DNA of 64,000 nt, from NCBI GenBank assembly GCA_026025075.1, contig JAPEUI010000031.1, forward strand, positions 1 to 64,000. Reading direction: 5' to 3'. The DNA comes from Vezdaea acicularis (taxonomy: Eukaryota). The notes beneath the pieces were generated by a model. It saw only the letters and a program-made list of their open reading frames with translations. It had not been told where the DNA came from and did no database searches. Both the position numbers and the translations under genes were made by a program. Shown here piece by piece: positions 1-12,558 of this stretch (positions are counted from its first letter, which is position 1; each line of letters begins with the position of its first letter).

Positions 1-80
1 GCCCCCTCTCCCCCCCCCCCCCCCCCCCCCCCCCCGTCCCTTCTCCCCCCCTTGTTCATCTCCTAAAAAAAACCCGGGGG
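1..80. repeat. Poly-C / homopolymer low-complexity tract at the window edge
   Basis: Long C runs at 1-51, followed by an A run and a G run. Confidence 0.9.
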
Positions 81-376
81 GACGAATGATGGAACCAAGA
101 CAAAAGGATACCTTGTGGCTCGGGTTACTCTAATCACAAAACCCAGCGCTCACGGCCCCCATCGATCAATCCTCAAACCCACTCGCCATACACCCTCTTC
201 TTCCTGAAACACACGCTTTTCCTCGGAGAACGACCCATCAAACCTTCTTTTCCTCTGTTTCGGAAATTGCGACATTTATCCCTCCCTCTCCCCTCCCCTC
301 TCCCCGTTCCCAGCCCTACACAGACCGCGCCTAGGAACGTGAACTACAGCTCCAACAAGCTAGACGGCGGGGATCA

Positions 377-2928
377 CTAAAGCGCCTCTGTTCCGTCGGG
401 GACGCTCGGTTCGTTAAGCGGCGCCTGCGCCTGCTGCTGTGGCAGCTGTGGCTGCGAGTCGACGACATCGTCGTCGTCAGCGGGGTCCGGGTCGAGATCC
501 TGACTCATCTGGAGGAGCAGCTGCTCGATCCGCTGATTGCTCGCTTCGAGCGCTTTCAGTCTGTCTTTGATATCGTCGTTGGCGTCTTCGGGCAACGTCT
601 GCGACTGCTTCTGCGTCTGCGTCTGCGTCTGCGTCTGGCCCCGATTAAGCACCGACTTGTGCTCGGCGGGCACGCGCAGGAACGAGTCCGCGGAGCCCTC
701 GTAGCTGCTACTGCGCTGTCTGCGGCGCAGGTTCCGCTGGAGACCTACTCTTCTCCTCCTGGCCTCTTCTTCCGCTACCGAGGCCTCCCTGTCCGTCGCG
801 CGGAAGGCGTCCTCGAGGACTTTACTGCTGGGCCTGCTCACGCCGCTGAGCTCGTCGATGACGCCTTCGGGTGGTTCGAGGTCGAAGACGACTTGGATGT
901 CGCCGTGGACGGACAGCCGCGCAAAGTCCCAGAAGGCGGGTTTGTGGCGCGCGTGGGCGGTAGTGGATAGAGGGGCATTGCGGGTGGTGTCCAGGGAGCT
1001 GCGCCAGAGGGAGCGGCGCTCGAGGAGGGCGATGAGGAGGAGGAGCGGGGCGTTGATGATGCGGACGGCGGTGACGTTGAGCTTGTGGAACCAGCGGGGG
1101 GAGACGAGGAACTTGAGGGGGAGCAAGATGGCGAGGGCGAGGATGTTGAAGGGGGGTTGGTAGGCGAAGATGGCGTCGCTCTTGACGCCCTCGAAGGTGA
1201 GGACGGCGCGGCGGAACTGGATCTCGGCGGTGGCGTTGGCGACGATGACCGCGAAGGTATTGCTCAGCATCGACACCAGGATCGTCAGGAAGAGCGTGTT
1301 GCCCAGGAAGGCGAAGGTGACCATCAAGACGGGCCCGAGCAGCCAGTGGAACTCGATCGAGCGCTGGATCCCCGTCCCATCCAGCCCGAACCAGACCCAG
1401 AGCATCCACTTGGAGATGGTGACGGGCCGGTGCGCTTCGTCACCGAGCCAGGTCATGGCGAGCAGGAAGCCGGCGAAGCACCAGATGGCGAGGACGGTGA
1501 GGACGGCGAAGTTGGCCATCATCTCGCGCAGCGAGACGAAGAGCATGTTCTCCGACATGGCGTTGAAGGCGAGGCGCGGCACCAGCACGGCGGCGCCGGT
1601 GGAGAGGATGTCCAGCGCGAGGTGGCTCATGCCGCCGTCGCCGGTCGCGTAGCTGCGGATCCGGAGGACGAGGTAGACGGTGTAGATGAGTGAGAAGGTG
1701 ACGTCGAGGAAGGACCACAGGTTCTGCGTGTAGACCTGCCAGCCGTGCTCGAGGATCGAGGCTACCTGGTCTAATACCCACCCGAACGTGTAGATGCAGA
1801 AGATGAGCTCGTAGATGGTAAAGTGCGTCGATTTGCCCGCGGGCCGCTTCGCCATGACCAGAATGTACAGGGCGAGTAATATCATGAATTGGCCCACTTC
1901 GAGTATATTCCTCGTCCGAGGCACAATCAGTCGGTACTGGTTCAGGACCGGCGCTTTCCGTGGATCGTACAGCGAAATCGGCTTGTGCTTGTAGTGGTCC
2001 GGTAAGATGTCGATAAAGGACGTCGGCGTATACACCACCTGCCCGACATAGATGGCCTCCACCACCTTCTGGCACGCAGGCATGCTCAGGAACAGTTTGC
2101 TCTCGGAGATAATCGCGACTTCCAGCGCCGTGAGCTTCCTCTCATAGCCGCCCCTTTTCTGCACCGCCCAGCGGAATGCTCGGCTGTTATCCCTTACGAT
2201 CTCCTCCGGCGCCTGCTGGAAAGGGTCAAAGCCCGCCACGAGGATGTTCGATAGTAGAAGCAGGCCCTTGCGGCCGGGATTCTCTTCGTCGGTGCGTCGG
2301 AGGATCTTGATGGCGATGAGCTCGCAGAGGAGAGCGCGGGTGAGGTTGACGGTCTGCTGGTGCGCAGCGTAGTGCTGTTCGCGCAGGAATTGGAGTTGGT
2401 TCACTAGCAGGCAGTAGACGACGGAGCAGTCGTTCATGCTGTAGAGTTGTTTGACGAGCGGCCGCACGATGGAGATGTTCATTCGAGGCGATTTGAGCTG
2501 TTCGAGGGAGTAGGGGTCGTCTATCGGATGAAGGATATTAAGTCAGATACTCGAAGGGTAGTTTGGATGGAAAACCTACCAACGCTTGCGATGACATCTC
2601 GCCTTATGCTACATAGCCCCCAAACATATCAGTCCAAGCCCTCACTCTCAATGATATTGGTCCCATTGAAGCTAGTATCCTAGCGTGGCTCCACTCACCG
2701 ATGGATCGTTGTATATACGGGCAAATGCGCATACGGATTAGGCGCGCATGGCTGTTCTTGCGCGGCCATTTGGCTCGAGGAGCAGCTCTCGCCATCGGCG
2801 TCGGCGGCTTGCTGCTCCTCATCAGATAAGAGGCGCTCCTGCTCTTCGGTGGGCGCGGTCCTTCTGAACGCCAGGTTAAACCCATGCCGGCTTCGGGAGA
2901 CCTCTTGAGAATGGCTGGTGTCTGCCAT
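377..2928 (-). CDS. TRP/YVC1-like non-selective cation channel (3 exons)
   Basis: 701-aa ORF with multiple TM helices, a pore-like WFGLDGTG segment, S6-like FLGNTLFLTILVSMLSNTF and a C-terminal coiled coil. 5' exons (MADTSHSQ...TTIH, IRRDVIASV) join through GT-AG introns near 2698-2609 and 2579-2521 to DDPYSLEQLKSPRMNI. Confidence 0.8.
601..636 (-). repeat. Hexamer microsatellite encoding a QT repeat in the channel C-terminus
   Basis: (tgcgtc)n on the + strand; translation QTQTQTQTQKQSQT. Confidence 0.8.
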
Positions 2929-3300
2929 TGCGCATTTGGTCGATGAAGGGAGCGTGTGTAGGGAGGAAAGGTGAATGTGGGACAATTGGTCGTACTGTAG
3001 GTCGCCGGTCTGGGGCTCGGCGCCGGTAGGGGAAGCTTTGCGGAGGTGCGTTAGCGAGAAAGCTTAGCATCTGCCGCTTGATGATAAGCACGCGAGCAGC
3101 CAATAAATCACAATCAGCTCTTGCCACTTGTGAGGCTGAATGCATAAATCGAGAACCTAATAAGCCAAATGTATGAGCTGAAGGTTTACATGATACTCGA
3201 TTTTTTTCGCAAGCATTCAGGTTCTCAAGTAGCCGTACATGGTTGACGTCCATACTCCCGTGGACCAAAGCGCAAGTCGCCTGAGCCGAGTATATCGCAT

Positions 3301-3925
3301 GACAACTTTGCTTTGCAGCTCGCGAAGTATCTCTCCATACAAACTGTCAGGTAAGGTACTTTGAGCTCCCTCATTTTCAAGTTTAGTCTCAATCTGATTC
3401 GGGGGATTGATCTAGATACATGTATTAATTCTGATTCCAATCGCGAAAGTTAGTTATCGGCACTTGCGAAGGCTGTATGTTGAATTTGGAGACCGCATCG
3501 ATGCGATCCGGGTTCTGTCGTGGGAAAATGGGGACGAAAAACTGCAAGACCACGTGGAAGTCATATGATTGCCCCGGACTTTCTGCGTTGCAGTGACCAA
3601 GCACCCCCTACCCCCCTCGGCCAAAGTCTTCGGTGTGACAACCTTTTTTGTCGCTCGCGAAGTACCGTCCCATACATTCTATGCGGGAAAATACTTTGAG
3701 CTCCCCCATCTTTGAGTTTAGGCTTAATCTGATCCGGAGAAGTGATTCAAATGCACGTCTGAATAATAATTTCCTCCACATAACTCAGTTATCGGCACGT
3801 GCGAAGGCTCTATCTTGGACTCGGAGCCGTCGTCCGTTCTGTCGTGGGAATATGGGAACGAGAAATTGCAAGATCACGTTCTCATAACGTGATAGCTCTG
3901 GACTTTATGCGTTGCATTAACCGTA
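3301..3925 (+). repeat. Degenerate tandem duplication, two ~290-300 bp copies (~3301-3598 and ~3637-3922)
   Basis: Shared blocks in the same order: gctcgcgaagta, tactttgagctccc, aatctgat, agttatcggcac.tgcgaaggct, gttctgtcgtggga, ggacttt.tgcgttgca. Confidence 0.85.
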
Positions 3926-5122
3926 CGTCCGAGCAAGTCTCTAGCACGAAGCGTTCCACGCACAAATATCGGACGGTCTTAAGACTCGACATTGTGAGTC
4001 AACGACCGCAGTTGTGACGCCGACGTGAAAGGCAGAGTTACCACCGATGCAGCCCTCTATTCACTCGGACAGAGGCGTTCCCTGAATGGGCTTTCTAAGT
4101 CGCGGAAATTTCGAGAAGAGTCAGGTCCTCAGGATGCCGCGCCAAAACTTGCGCGTTTGAGCGACCCTGTTTTCATAGGGCTCCTTATGTTTCGTCCTTC
4201 CTAGGTAACGAGATGAGTCGCGCCCCTACGATAACGCTCATCCTCTTCACGCTCACTTTCAAGATATCCACCGCCTAGAGGTGGTCCATATCGTAAGGCA
4301 GGCCTTATGCTATTTACTTCCTTGGCGTTTCGTCTTGTTTCTTTCGTAAATTTCTATTGGTCTAGTTTGATATACTCAGAGCGGCTTCTATCTTTTCGAC
4401 GAATAATATCTAAGTCTTATTCGACCCTCTGCCACCTGCCGTTGATGGAACTTCTGGCGACACGCAATGGTTGGTTTCGCCATCATGTTATTTCTCATCG
4501 ACGACTACCCTTCACTTCTTGTTTCCTCGAGAAAGTCCTCATGGAGTTCCGTGCTTTCCTCCGACTACCTCTCTTGGATTTCTTGACCTTTAGAGAACAG
4601 CCAATGTTCGCTACTTACCACTCAATTCATCTCCGCCAGGAGTCAGTGTGACCCTTTCAATACCAATGCACACCACCTTCAATCTATACGGGTCGCTAAT
4701 AGTCGATAACCCTTCTCATCTGTCTCTCGTTTGGCCGGGCTACTGATTTGCCGCTGCCAGCGAAATCGCTCATTCTCCCCGCACAGACCACCAGACAGTC
4801 ATGCGAGCTGAAATACTTACCACATACGTGCAGTCGAGATTAGCACCTGCTCCGTCTGAACAAATCGTTTGGTCTGGGAGCGAGCCCGAGCGTGCGGAGT
4901 CGGATCACCATGAGAAAGATGGGGAACGTGATGGAGGCCCAGAGCATTGATCTAGCCGCCACCCCTCTTATCTTCTCCATTTTGTCAACGACGTCCGTTC
5001 TTTACTTCCCGCTTGCATTGCTTTTGAACTTGGATCCCGAGTCGAACCTCTGTTATTCGGCGTCGCTGTTGTGAGTTCTCCGGCTTTATCGCCATCGCCT
5101 ATCAATATACGATCATTAGGCG

Positions 5123-6776
5123 ATGAAGGAATCAGAAAAAGGTGTCGAGGGCACGGATCCACTCGACCTGCCATATCCAGAACCACCTCGATCGCTATCA
5201 TACGCGAGTGATGAAGTTCTATCACTTGGCCGGCCACGGGGATGGATGTATAAAGCACCCCGAATAGGAGGCCTTCGACTCCCTTGGTATGCGTCTCCGC
5301 CGACACAACTTGTCCTTGTCGCCCTCGTATGCTTCCTCTGTCCTGGAATGTTCAATGCCTTGAGTGGCTTAGGAGGCGCTGGGTTCTCCAACCCCAACGA
5401 TAACAACAATGCGATTACGGCGCTGTATAGCACTTTCGCCGTGGTCGGTTTCTTTGCCGGAACGTTTGCTAATCGACTTGGGATCCGACTCGCGCTCGGA
5501 ATCGGAGGAATGGGATACTGCGTATATGCTGGAGCGCTGCTGTGCTATAAGGAAAAGCAGAATGCAGTCTTTCTTATATTCTCCGGGGCATTTCTCGGTA
5601 TCTGCGCAGGTCTTTTGTGGTGTGCTCAAGGCGCGATAATGATGGCTTATCCACCAGAGCACTCCAAGGGGAAGTATATCTCCTGGTTCTGGATGATATT
5701 TAACCTTGGCGCTGTCCTAGGAAGCTTGGTGAGTACTTGACCAGGCAATGTCATGGTCTACTTTGCTCACAAGCCGACGTTCAGATCCCACTAGCCGCCA
5801 ACATAAACAGTACCACCAACTCAGTAAATGCCGGTACCTACATTGGGTTCATCGCGCTTATGGTCGCCGGTGCCATCCTTGCCTTCTTCCTCGTCGACTC
5901 AAAGCTAGTCCAGCGCTCCGACGGCTCGCACGTCATCCTAATGAAACATCCAACATGGCACTCTGAAATCTTCGGCTTGTGGGAGGTGCTTCGATCCGAT
6001 CCCTACATCATCGCACTTTTCCCAATGTTCTTCTGCAGCAACTGGTTCTATACCTACCAGTTCAACGACGTCAACCTAGCCAAGCACGATAGCCGCACGC
6101 GCGCTCTCAATAATTTCGTATATTGGTGCTGCCAGATCATCGGCGCATTTGTTTTCGGGTATGCACTCGATATGCAGAGGGTCCGGCGTAGCATCAGGGC
6201 GCGAGTTGCGTTGGTTGTCCTGCTCTTGCTGACAGGAGGAGTTTGGGCTGGTGGGTACCTGTTCCAAAGACAGTACACCCGCCTCGATGCGAAAACCGAT
6301 GGATTCGTCAAGCTTGATTACGAGCACGGTCACTCTTGGGGCTCGATGTGCCTCATGATGGCATATGGGTTCTACGACGCCGCATGGCAAACCTGCGTCT
6401 ATTGGTATTTAAAGCCCGCCTTTGCCCACCTTTCACGGAAATGCTAATTGAGTCCAGGTTCATGGGCGCTCTCACAAACAATGGCCGGAAAACAGCTCAT
6501 TTTGCTGGCTTCTATAAAGGCATCCAGTCTGCCGGTGCAGCGGTCATTTACCGCCTCGACACACTCGGCACCCCGTACATGGCATTATTCTTTTCTTGCT
6601 GGTTCCTGCTGGGTGGGAGCTTGATCGTTGCAGCTCCTGTCATTGTGTGGAAGGTTAAGGATAGTGTCAACCTGGAAGACGATCTGGTATTTACGGATAT
6701 GAATGAAATTGACGTGGTGGGCAACGGGGTCGTGGGAGGTGCAATGGAGAAGAGGGTGGATGGAGTGTATGACTAA
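5123..6776 (+). CDS. MFS transporter, UNC-93-like/DUF895 family (3 exons)
   Basis: Motifs VCFLCPGMFNALSGLGG, AGLLWCAQGAIMMAYP, SNWFYTYQFN, AGFYKGIQSAG. Introns ~5729-5784 and ~6405-6457. Confidence 0.9.
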
Positions 6777-7137
6777 GGGGAGCTCTCAAGATTGCCACTT
6801 ATGGGAGGTGGGAGACTACGCTGTGCTTACATTCAATTCTTCCAGGAAGGAGATGCTTCTAACTTTAGTGCGTGTATGATGGTTGTCGGGAATCTGGAGT
6901 TAGGTTTACGTGCTCGAAGGTTATTCGATGCGGGTGGCGCAATGTCGTTCTATTTAAGTCGACCATTACGGCACTATGTAATCTCATTTTGTATAACATG
7001 CTTTTGCAAGTACCTTCATTTCTATCCGGCAAACTCAATGATAGCTAGTACTTGCAAGAAACACAAATATATTCATTCGTCATCAAGTGTGCCTCCACCT
7101 CTATTTGCTCTATTTGTCACATGTTCTCTTGTAGATA

Positions 7138-7959
7138 CTACCCCATGTGCAACTTGCTCTTGATCTTATCGCCGACCCCTTCATGCGCCGTTGGATGTCC
7201 AGCGTCAGAGCCAGCACCGCCGTTGCCGCCAGCGCCGCCGGTTGCATGGCCTCTGCCTTGCTCCTCTAGAAGCCCTAATTTCTGAATCAGCGTTCATGTC
7301 CGTGTAATTTCTTCTCTGCTTCACTTACTGTTCGCCTCCCGTCCCGCTCCCGGTCTCGTGGCATCGAAGTCTCCGCCATCCGCCTGCAACCCTGAACTCT
7401 TCTCATACTTTGTCCCGGTGCCTTCGCCAGTGCTCTCACTCTGCGGCTTAGGATTTCCGGCATCTCCTCCGCCAGGCGCACCGGAAGACCCCATGGCCGG
7501 GGTAGGACCGCCGCTGGGGCCGCCGCTGCCGCCGGCCTCGTCGGTAGCGTCTTCCGTTGGGGCATCAGGGGCTGCTGTGCGGCTACCGTCAGCGCCAATC
7601 TCGGGGTCCTCGGTGGTAGAAGGGCCAAGATTGCCCTTGGGCTTCTCGGCAGGGGCCGTTGTGGGGTCAGTGGAGGGATCGTCGGTGGTGGGGTCTGGGC
7701 GATTCTCTGTAGGACTAATTAGTATGGAAATATTTGGTAATGAAGCTTGAGGAGAAAGCCTCCAGGTTGGTCAAAGTGTGGGGCAGCAAAGCAGAAGGCC
7801 CTTGATGATGGGGTCTTTGGGGGGCGAGGCATACCGGATTGATGACCGCTGTCATAAGAGCCGGTAGGATCTGTCTCTTCCGAGCGCTAAATTGCTTGAT
7901 TAGCTGGAGGATTCACCCCATGCTTGCGTTGGTCTATAAGGTTTTCTCACTGAACCCAT
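7138..7959 (-). CDS. Gly-rich hydrophilic protein (~191 aa, 4 exons), not in the ORF track
   Basis: Exons 7959-7951, 7886-7835, 7706-7329 and 7274-7138 join in frame via GT-AG introns. Contains EGTGTKYEKSSGLQADGGDFDATRPGAGREANRLL and ends GVGDKIKSKLHMG*. Confidence 0.75.
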
Positions 7960-8870
7960 TTTCTAGTAAGGTACTGGTTGTAGTAGGGTTCTAAAGGCTG
8001 AAAGGAGGCTAAGATTACTTTGTCAGAACTAGCAAGACAATGAAGTGAGGAATGGTGGATATAATAGTAGAGTTAGAGGTGTCGTAGAAGAACTGGAGCA
8101 AAGAATTTTACAGCAAACAAGCGATCTGGTCATTGCTGAGGAAAAGAACAGGGTTATAAGGGGGGCCCTCTTTGGTCTTTACGGATGCGGCACGCTTACG
8201 TCGCCAACCATGGGAAGCAAGGATATGGCTACCGATGGCTGGGTCATGGTTTGCGACACGGGAAGTGTTCGTATCAGGCCCTTCAGACTAGTTATCAGTT
8301 CAACAAACGTGCCTTCAAGAGTTCCTATCGAGAATAGAGTCATCAAGTGCCTTGCAGTAATCTTTTGCTCTCCAGTGCTTCTTTTTCTGTTTAGAGGCAT
8401 GGTCAAGCTCTCCACAACGTATCCTATGAAAATTCCTGTTGATCTTATTAAGATAGATTTTGTGGCTGAAGGGTAAGGCATCTACCAGTACAATGGTGGT
8501 GGGGTTGTTTACCAAAATGACGTTACCGCGGGGCACCCCTGATGTCATAGCGTTGCTTCTCGCTTGCCTCTTTCGGTCAAGGCTCGAAAGCAGCAAAATC
8601 CAAAAGACCATTCGGCAAGGAAAAACCCCCAGATAACACCAAGACATCTGTACGCATGATCCTTGGTGAAGACAACTATTCAAAACAATGTGGTTGATAC
8701 AGGTTTAAAAGTACAGAAACGAGGAATCAGGGTATCCCTATTAAACACTACGGGTCAAACCCCAATAAACTCCAGACCTAAGCGCCATTGGTGATACCCG
8801 TATCAAACTCCGTTCACAATGCGATGAGAATTAAACAAGACTGTAGATGTACGAACTGGCAAAAGCTCCC

Positions 8871-11800
8871 TCATATGCGCCCAGCAGGTCTTATCCTTGG
8901 AGGCTGTCGATCAAAAGCCCAATTTCTCTGTCGCGCAAAGTTGGCGTCACTTCTAAACTTCTGGCCTAGCAGTGTTGATATATCGGGGAGCTCGACCATC
9001 TGAGGCTGCAAGTGTTGAGGGATCACTTGCGCTTTACTCCTTCTTGGTCGGGTCATTGGTGGTGATGTCTTCTTTTGATCTCGAACAAGGTCCTTCAGTT
9101 CCTTCTCATCTGCTGTAATCTGAGCCTTCAAGAAACTGTTATCGTATGTAGTCTGAAGCGAATCCATCACAGGCTGCCGGTAGACATAAGTCCACTTCTT
9201 CACCTCAGGCGGGTCGACCGGTTCCACCCGGGGGCTTAGCTCCGAAGCTCTACCTTTCGCTAGAAGCTGATTAATCCCAAGACTTTCACCAGGTGGAATA
9301 GCCTTGGTATTCGAAGGAGTGATACAGTCCATATCCACCTCCTTCCGAAGCACATGGTCGATATCAACAGCTGAAAAATATGCACACGATTGTGGGAGAT
9401 CGTTGATGCCCATTTGCTGAGAGAACATAGCCCTGGTCCAGACGTTGGCGACCTGTAGAGCCATAGCTGCTTTATATTTATCATCTTCCTGTACGAGATA
9501 CCTGATTTCATCGTGAACAGTGATAGCCAAGCGAGCATTAAGGTTATATCGTCGGATCAAGTAGTCCATAGATACGATCAAAAGATGGAGGTAGTCGACC
9601 CCAGACGACTGAATTGCCCAATTAATCCGAGAGGTCATGAAACCGCCCTTGTTGATGAAGCGTCTCATCAGAGCTTCCGTTATTCCAGCTGCAAGCACCG
9701 GCGTGCGAGGACGTTCTTGCTCGGCAAACTCTTCAAGCTTGTTGAAAACAAAACTTTCAGTACCACCTCGCCAGAAAGATCTGTTATGTAAGACTTTACG
9801 GGTCGTCTTCAGGCCTTTCGTCTCCCTGTATAGCTTCATCGCAATTGCATTCGACTCAGATTCCGAGAGGCCGGGACTGAATTGTCGAAGAAGTGTTGAT
9901 GCGAATTTCAGTCCTGCTCCATATATCCGCCCGTAGTTAAATACCTTGGCATTGTCCCTTGAGATCCCTAGAATGTTTGCTGTTTTTGAATGCAAATCGG
10001 TTCCCTCAGTTTTAGCGCCTTCTAAGGTCATGAATCCAATTGCGTTTCCGCCATGCATCTTGAACTGCGCGTCACCAACTAGGCTCGCAATCCATAATTC
10101 CTCAGAATCAACGTCTGCTCCTACAAAGCAGTAGCCTGGAGGTGCTTGTACCATTGCCTTCAGCTCTGAGCCGACACGATTCTTCTTTGCATTGCTTGCT
10201 GTTAACCAGGTGTTCTCTACTGCTCTCCTGGTAATAGTGCCCATAGGGATGACTTGAGGCAAAATGTAACCCAGACTTGAGTCGGCAGCGCTGCCAGCTT
10301 TCGTTTCTGAGATGTCAGCTTCCCGGACTACCATTTGCGACATGATTCGGTCACGCGCGCTTATCCAGTAGGAACATGAGGCGTTCATGTCCAAGGCCTC
10401 CTTAGCATAGGAGTACTCCGAGGATAGAGTACCTGTCTCAAAATATTGCATGTAGCCTTTTGCCAGGGGATTCGTGCAGCGTGCAGCAGCCCCGTCCTTA
10501 TGAGGAAGCTTGAAGAACGTTCCTTCAAGGTCATCCCGTAGCTTCAAATCCGTTTCATCCGCCATATCACAACGAATGATTGGCTTATCATCATATTTAT
10601 GGGCTTCTGACAATGGTACACGGAAAGTCCAGCCGTATTTATCGGACCACACCAAGGGATAGCCATCCCAAGCAAGCCGCAGTAACAAGGGGGCTATTCT
10701 CGTGCGAACTGTGAGACTTATTGCTGCATCACTCGTTGCAAACAGCTCCTTATACCATTTGGGCATCCCAGGTTTCTTTTGACGAGCAGCAGGGCGGGGT
10801 GGATCCCCTTTTCTTTTCCCCTTGACCATTTTTACTTCTTGGCCTGTCCAGTCAAGCTGCTTCATCCAAGGATCTAGGTTGTATTTTTCTGGGTCTGCTT
10901 TCATCTCTAGGGCGCCATTCATCAATTCCAAAAGATGCTGTTGTACTCCATCTGAAAGCTTCTGGTATGTTGCCTCTGCGTTGGCAACGTATGATTCCCA
11001 TGATTCGTTGACAGGGAGAATGACTGATGATAGATGTCGAAGCGCAGCGAAGCTCACTGGATGTGGGCACGTCTCTAGAAAGTTTGGGAATACTTTCTTA
11101 TAGACGCGATGGGTTACCTCGACATCTGCAGCGCAGTAATCCAAAAGCTCATCGAGGTTGTTCCGGATTCCTTCTCGATCGAGTTCTCCAAAGGCATCCC
11201 GTTGAGACTTATCGATGACCACATCACAGTGGAACTTAGCAACATCTCTTAACGAATTGACAGAGCTCCTACCGACCCATAACTCTTCTTCTTCATCTGT
11301 TAAAGACTTTGATTCTAGAAGAGCAGCTAGTTCTGCAGAATCTGTTTCCGTAGCGATCCTGTCCCTCAAATCTCGATTTTTCCGGTGTTTCATCCAGGTA
11401 GGTCTCTGACGGGAACACATTCCATTTACTGCAACATGAAGAGACATCGTATCCAGAAACGAGTTTTTGGACTGTTTAACTGAGTATTCTTCCTTAATCC
11501 GAGCCCTGTCGTACCCGATGTTATGGCCCACTATGATGCGAGCTTTTTTCGGATCACCTAATGGAATAAGATGTCTATCACTTTCTGACTCTTCCAGCAG
11601 CCATGGAGAGAGCCAGGCATACCAAGCCGTGGGACTAACAGCACAAGCCATCACCGCAAATGAGCTTTCTTTCCATAAAACCTCGGTATCGAATGTGAGC
11701 ATTGACTCCCGCGGCGTATCGACTTCCTCAGTCCGCCCATCAGTATAGTACTTAGTCCACCCACTTCTTCGGACCCATTTCCGTGGTTTTGGTGGCGTGT

Positions 11801-12326
11801 TGACTTTTGCAAAACCTTTTGCTTGGCTTAGATATGGCTCTGCAGCATCCATTCCCAGTCTATAAAAGTGCTCGTCAAGCGATTCTCCCTGCAGATCGGG
11901 TAGGTCAAAAATTATTGGGTCTGAGCGATCCTGGTTCCTCCCCCATAGGTCATGTCGAGCTAAATGGTCCGTAGAGAGCTCAACCAGCTCTGCCGGCACA
12001 GATGTAGTCTTACCGCGGAATATCTGTGAATGGACATGGCGACTCAGCTGCTGAACCCCTATCTCATTAAAACGGGGACTGGTCTGTTCTAGGCACGAAC
12101 GTTAACAATCGGATATTAGACCTAAGCAGATTACCAACATACCCGCATCATCAACCGGCTGTGCGACTCCCACTATCTTCGCGGTGGAGGCTTTTCCTGC
12201 GAACCATCTCTTTGAATTGCAGACACGGCAAGGCGTTTGCGCGACACGAACTATATGGTTTTGCTGAAAGAGATGTTGCCTTGCGCACAACTTGCCATGA
12301 TATCGCGAGCGTAGCAGATGGAGCAT
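8871..12326 (-). CDS. MIP1: Mitochondrial DNA polymerase gamma
   Basis: Exonuclease motifs FDTE and GHNIGYDRARI; polymerase motifs GADVDSEELWIA, AKVFNYGRIYGAG and TVHDEIRY. Presequence-like first exon (MLHLLRSRY...), intron near 12082-12142. Confidence 0.97.
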
Positions 12327-12558
12327 CACGCCTTGGTATACCGGTACTAAATCATGTTGCTCAGCTAGTCGCAACTTCTGTCGATATTACCACGGGAGGA
12401 AAGAGAGTTTCAGGAACTCCTTGCGCATGAGCCTCTCTCTCATCACGTGGAGTGTTCGCTAACCTTCGCGAAAACTTCGGTGATGGTTTGAGCTACATCA
12501 TGGTGGAACTTCGCCCGCTCTTGAAGCGCACTTGGCAATCTTGAGTACCTTCAACCTC

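Noticed and set aside
659..2075. Several 100-210 aa overlapping ORFs
   Set aside because: Antisense or alternate-frame shadows of the GC-rich channel CDS.
4307..4651. 114-aa intergenic ORF
   Set aside because: No recognisable motif or supporting splice structure.
7287..7750. ORFs 7287-7628 (-) and 7358-7750 (+)
   Set aside because: Wrong-frame and antisense readings of the spliced hydrophilin-like gene.
8045..8683. Three overlapping 100-143 aa ORFs
   Set aside because: No family motifs; consistent with chance ORFs in promoter or UTR sequence.
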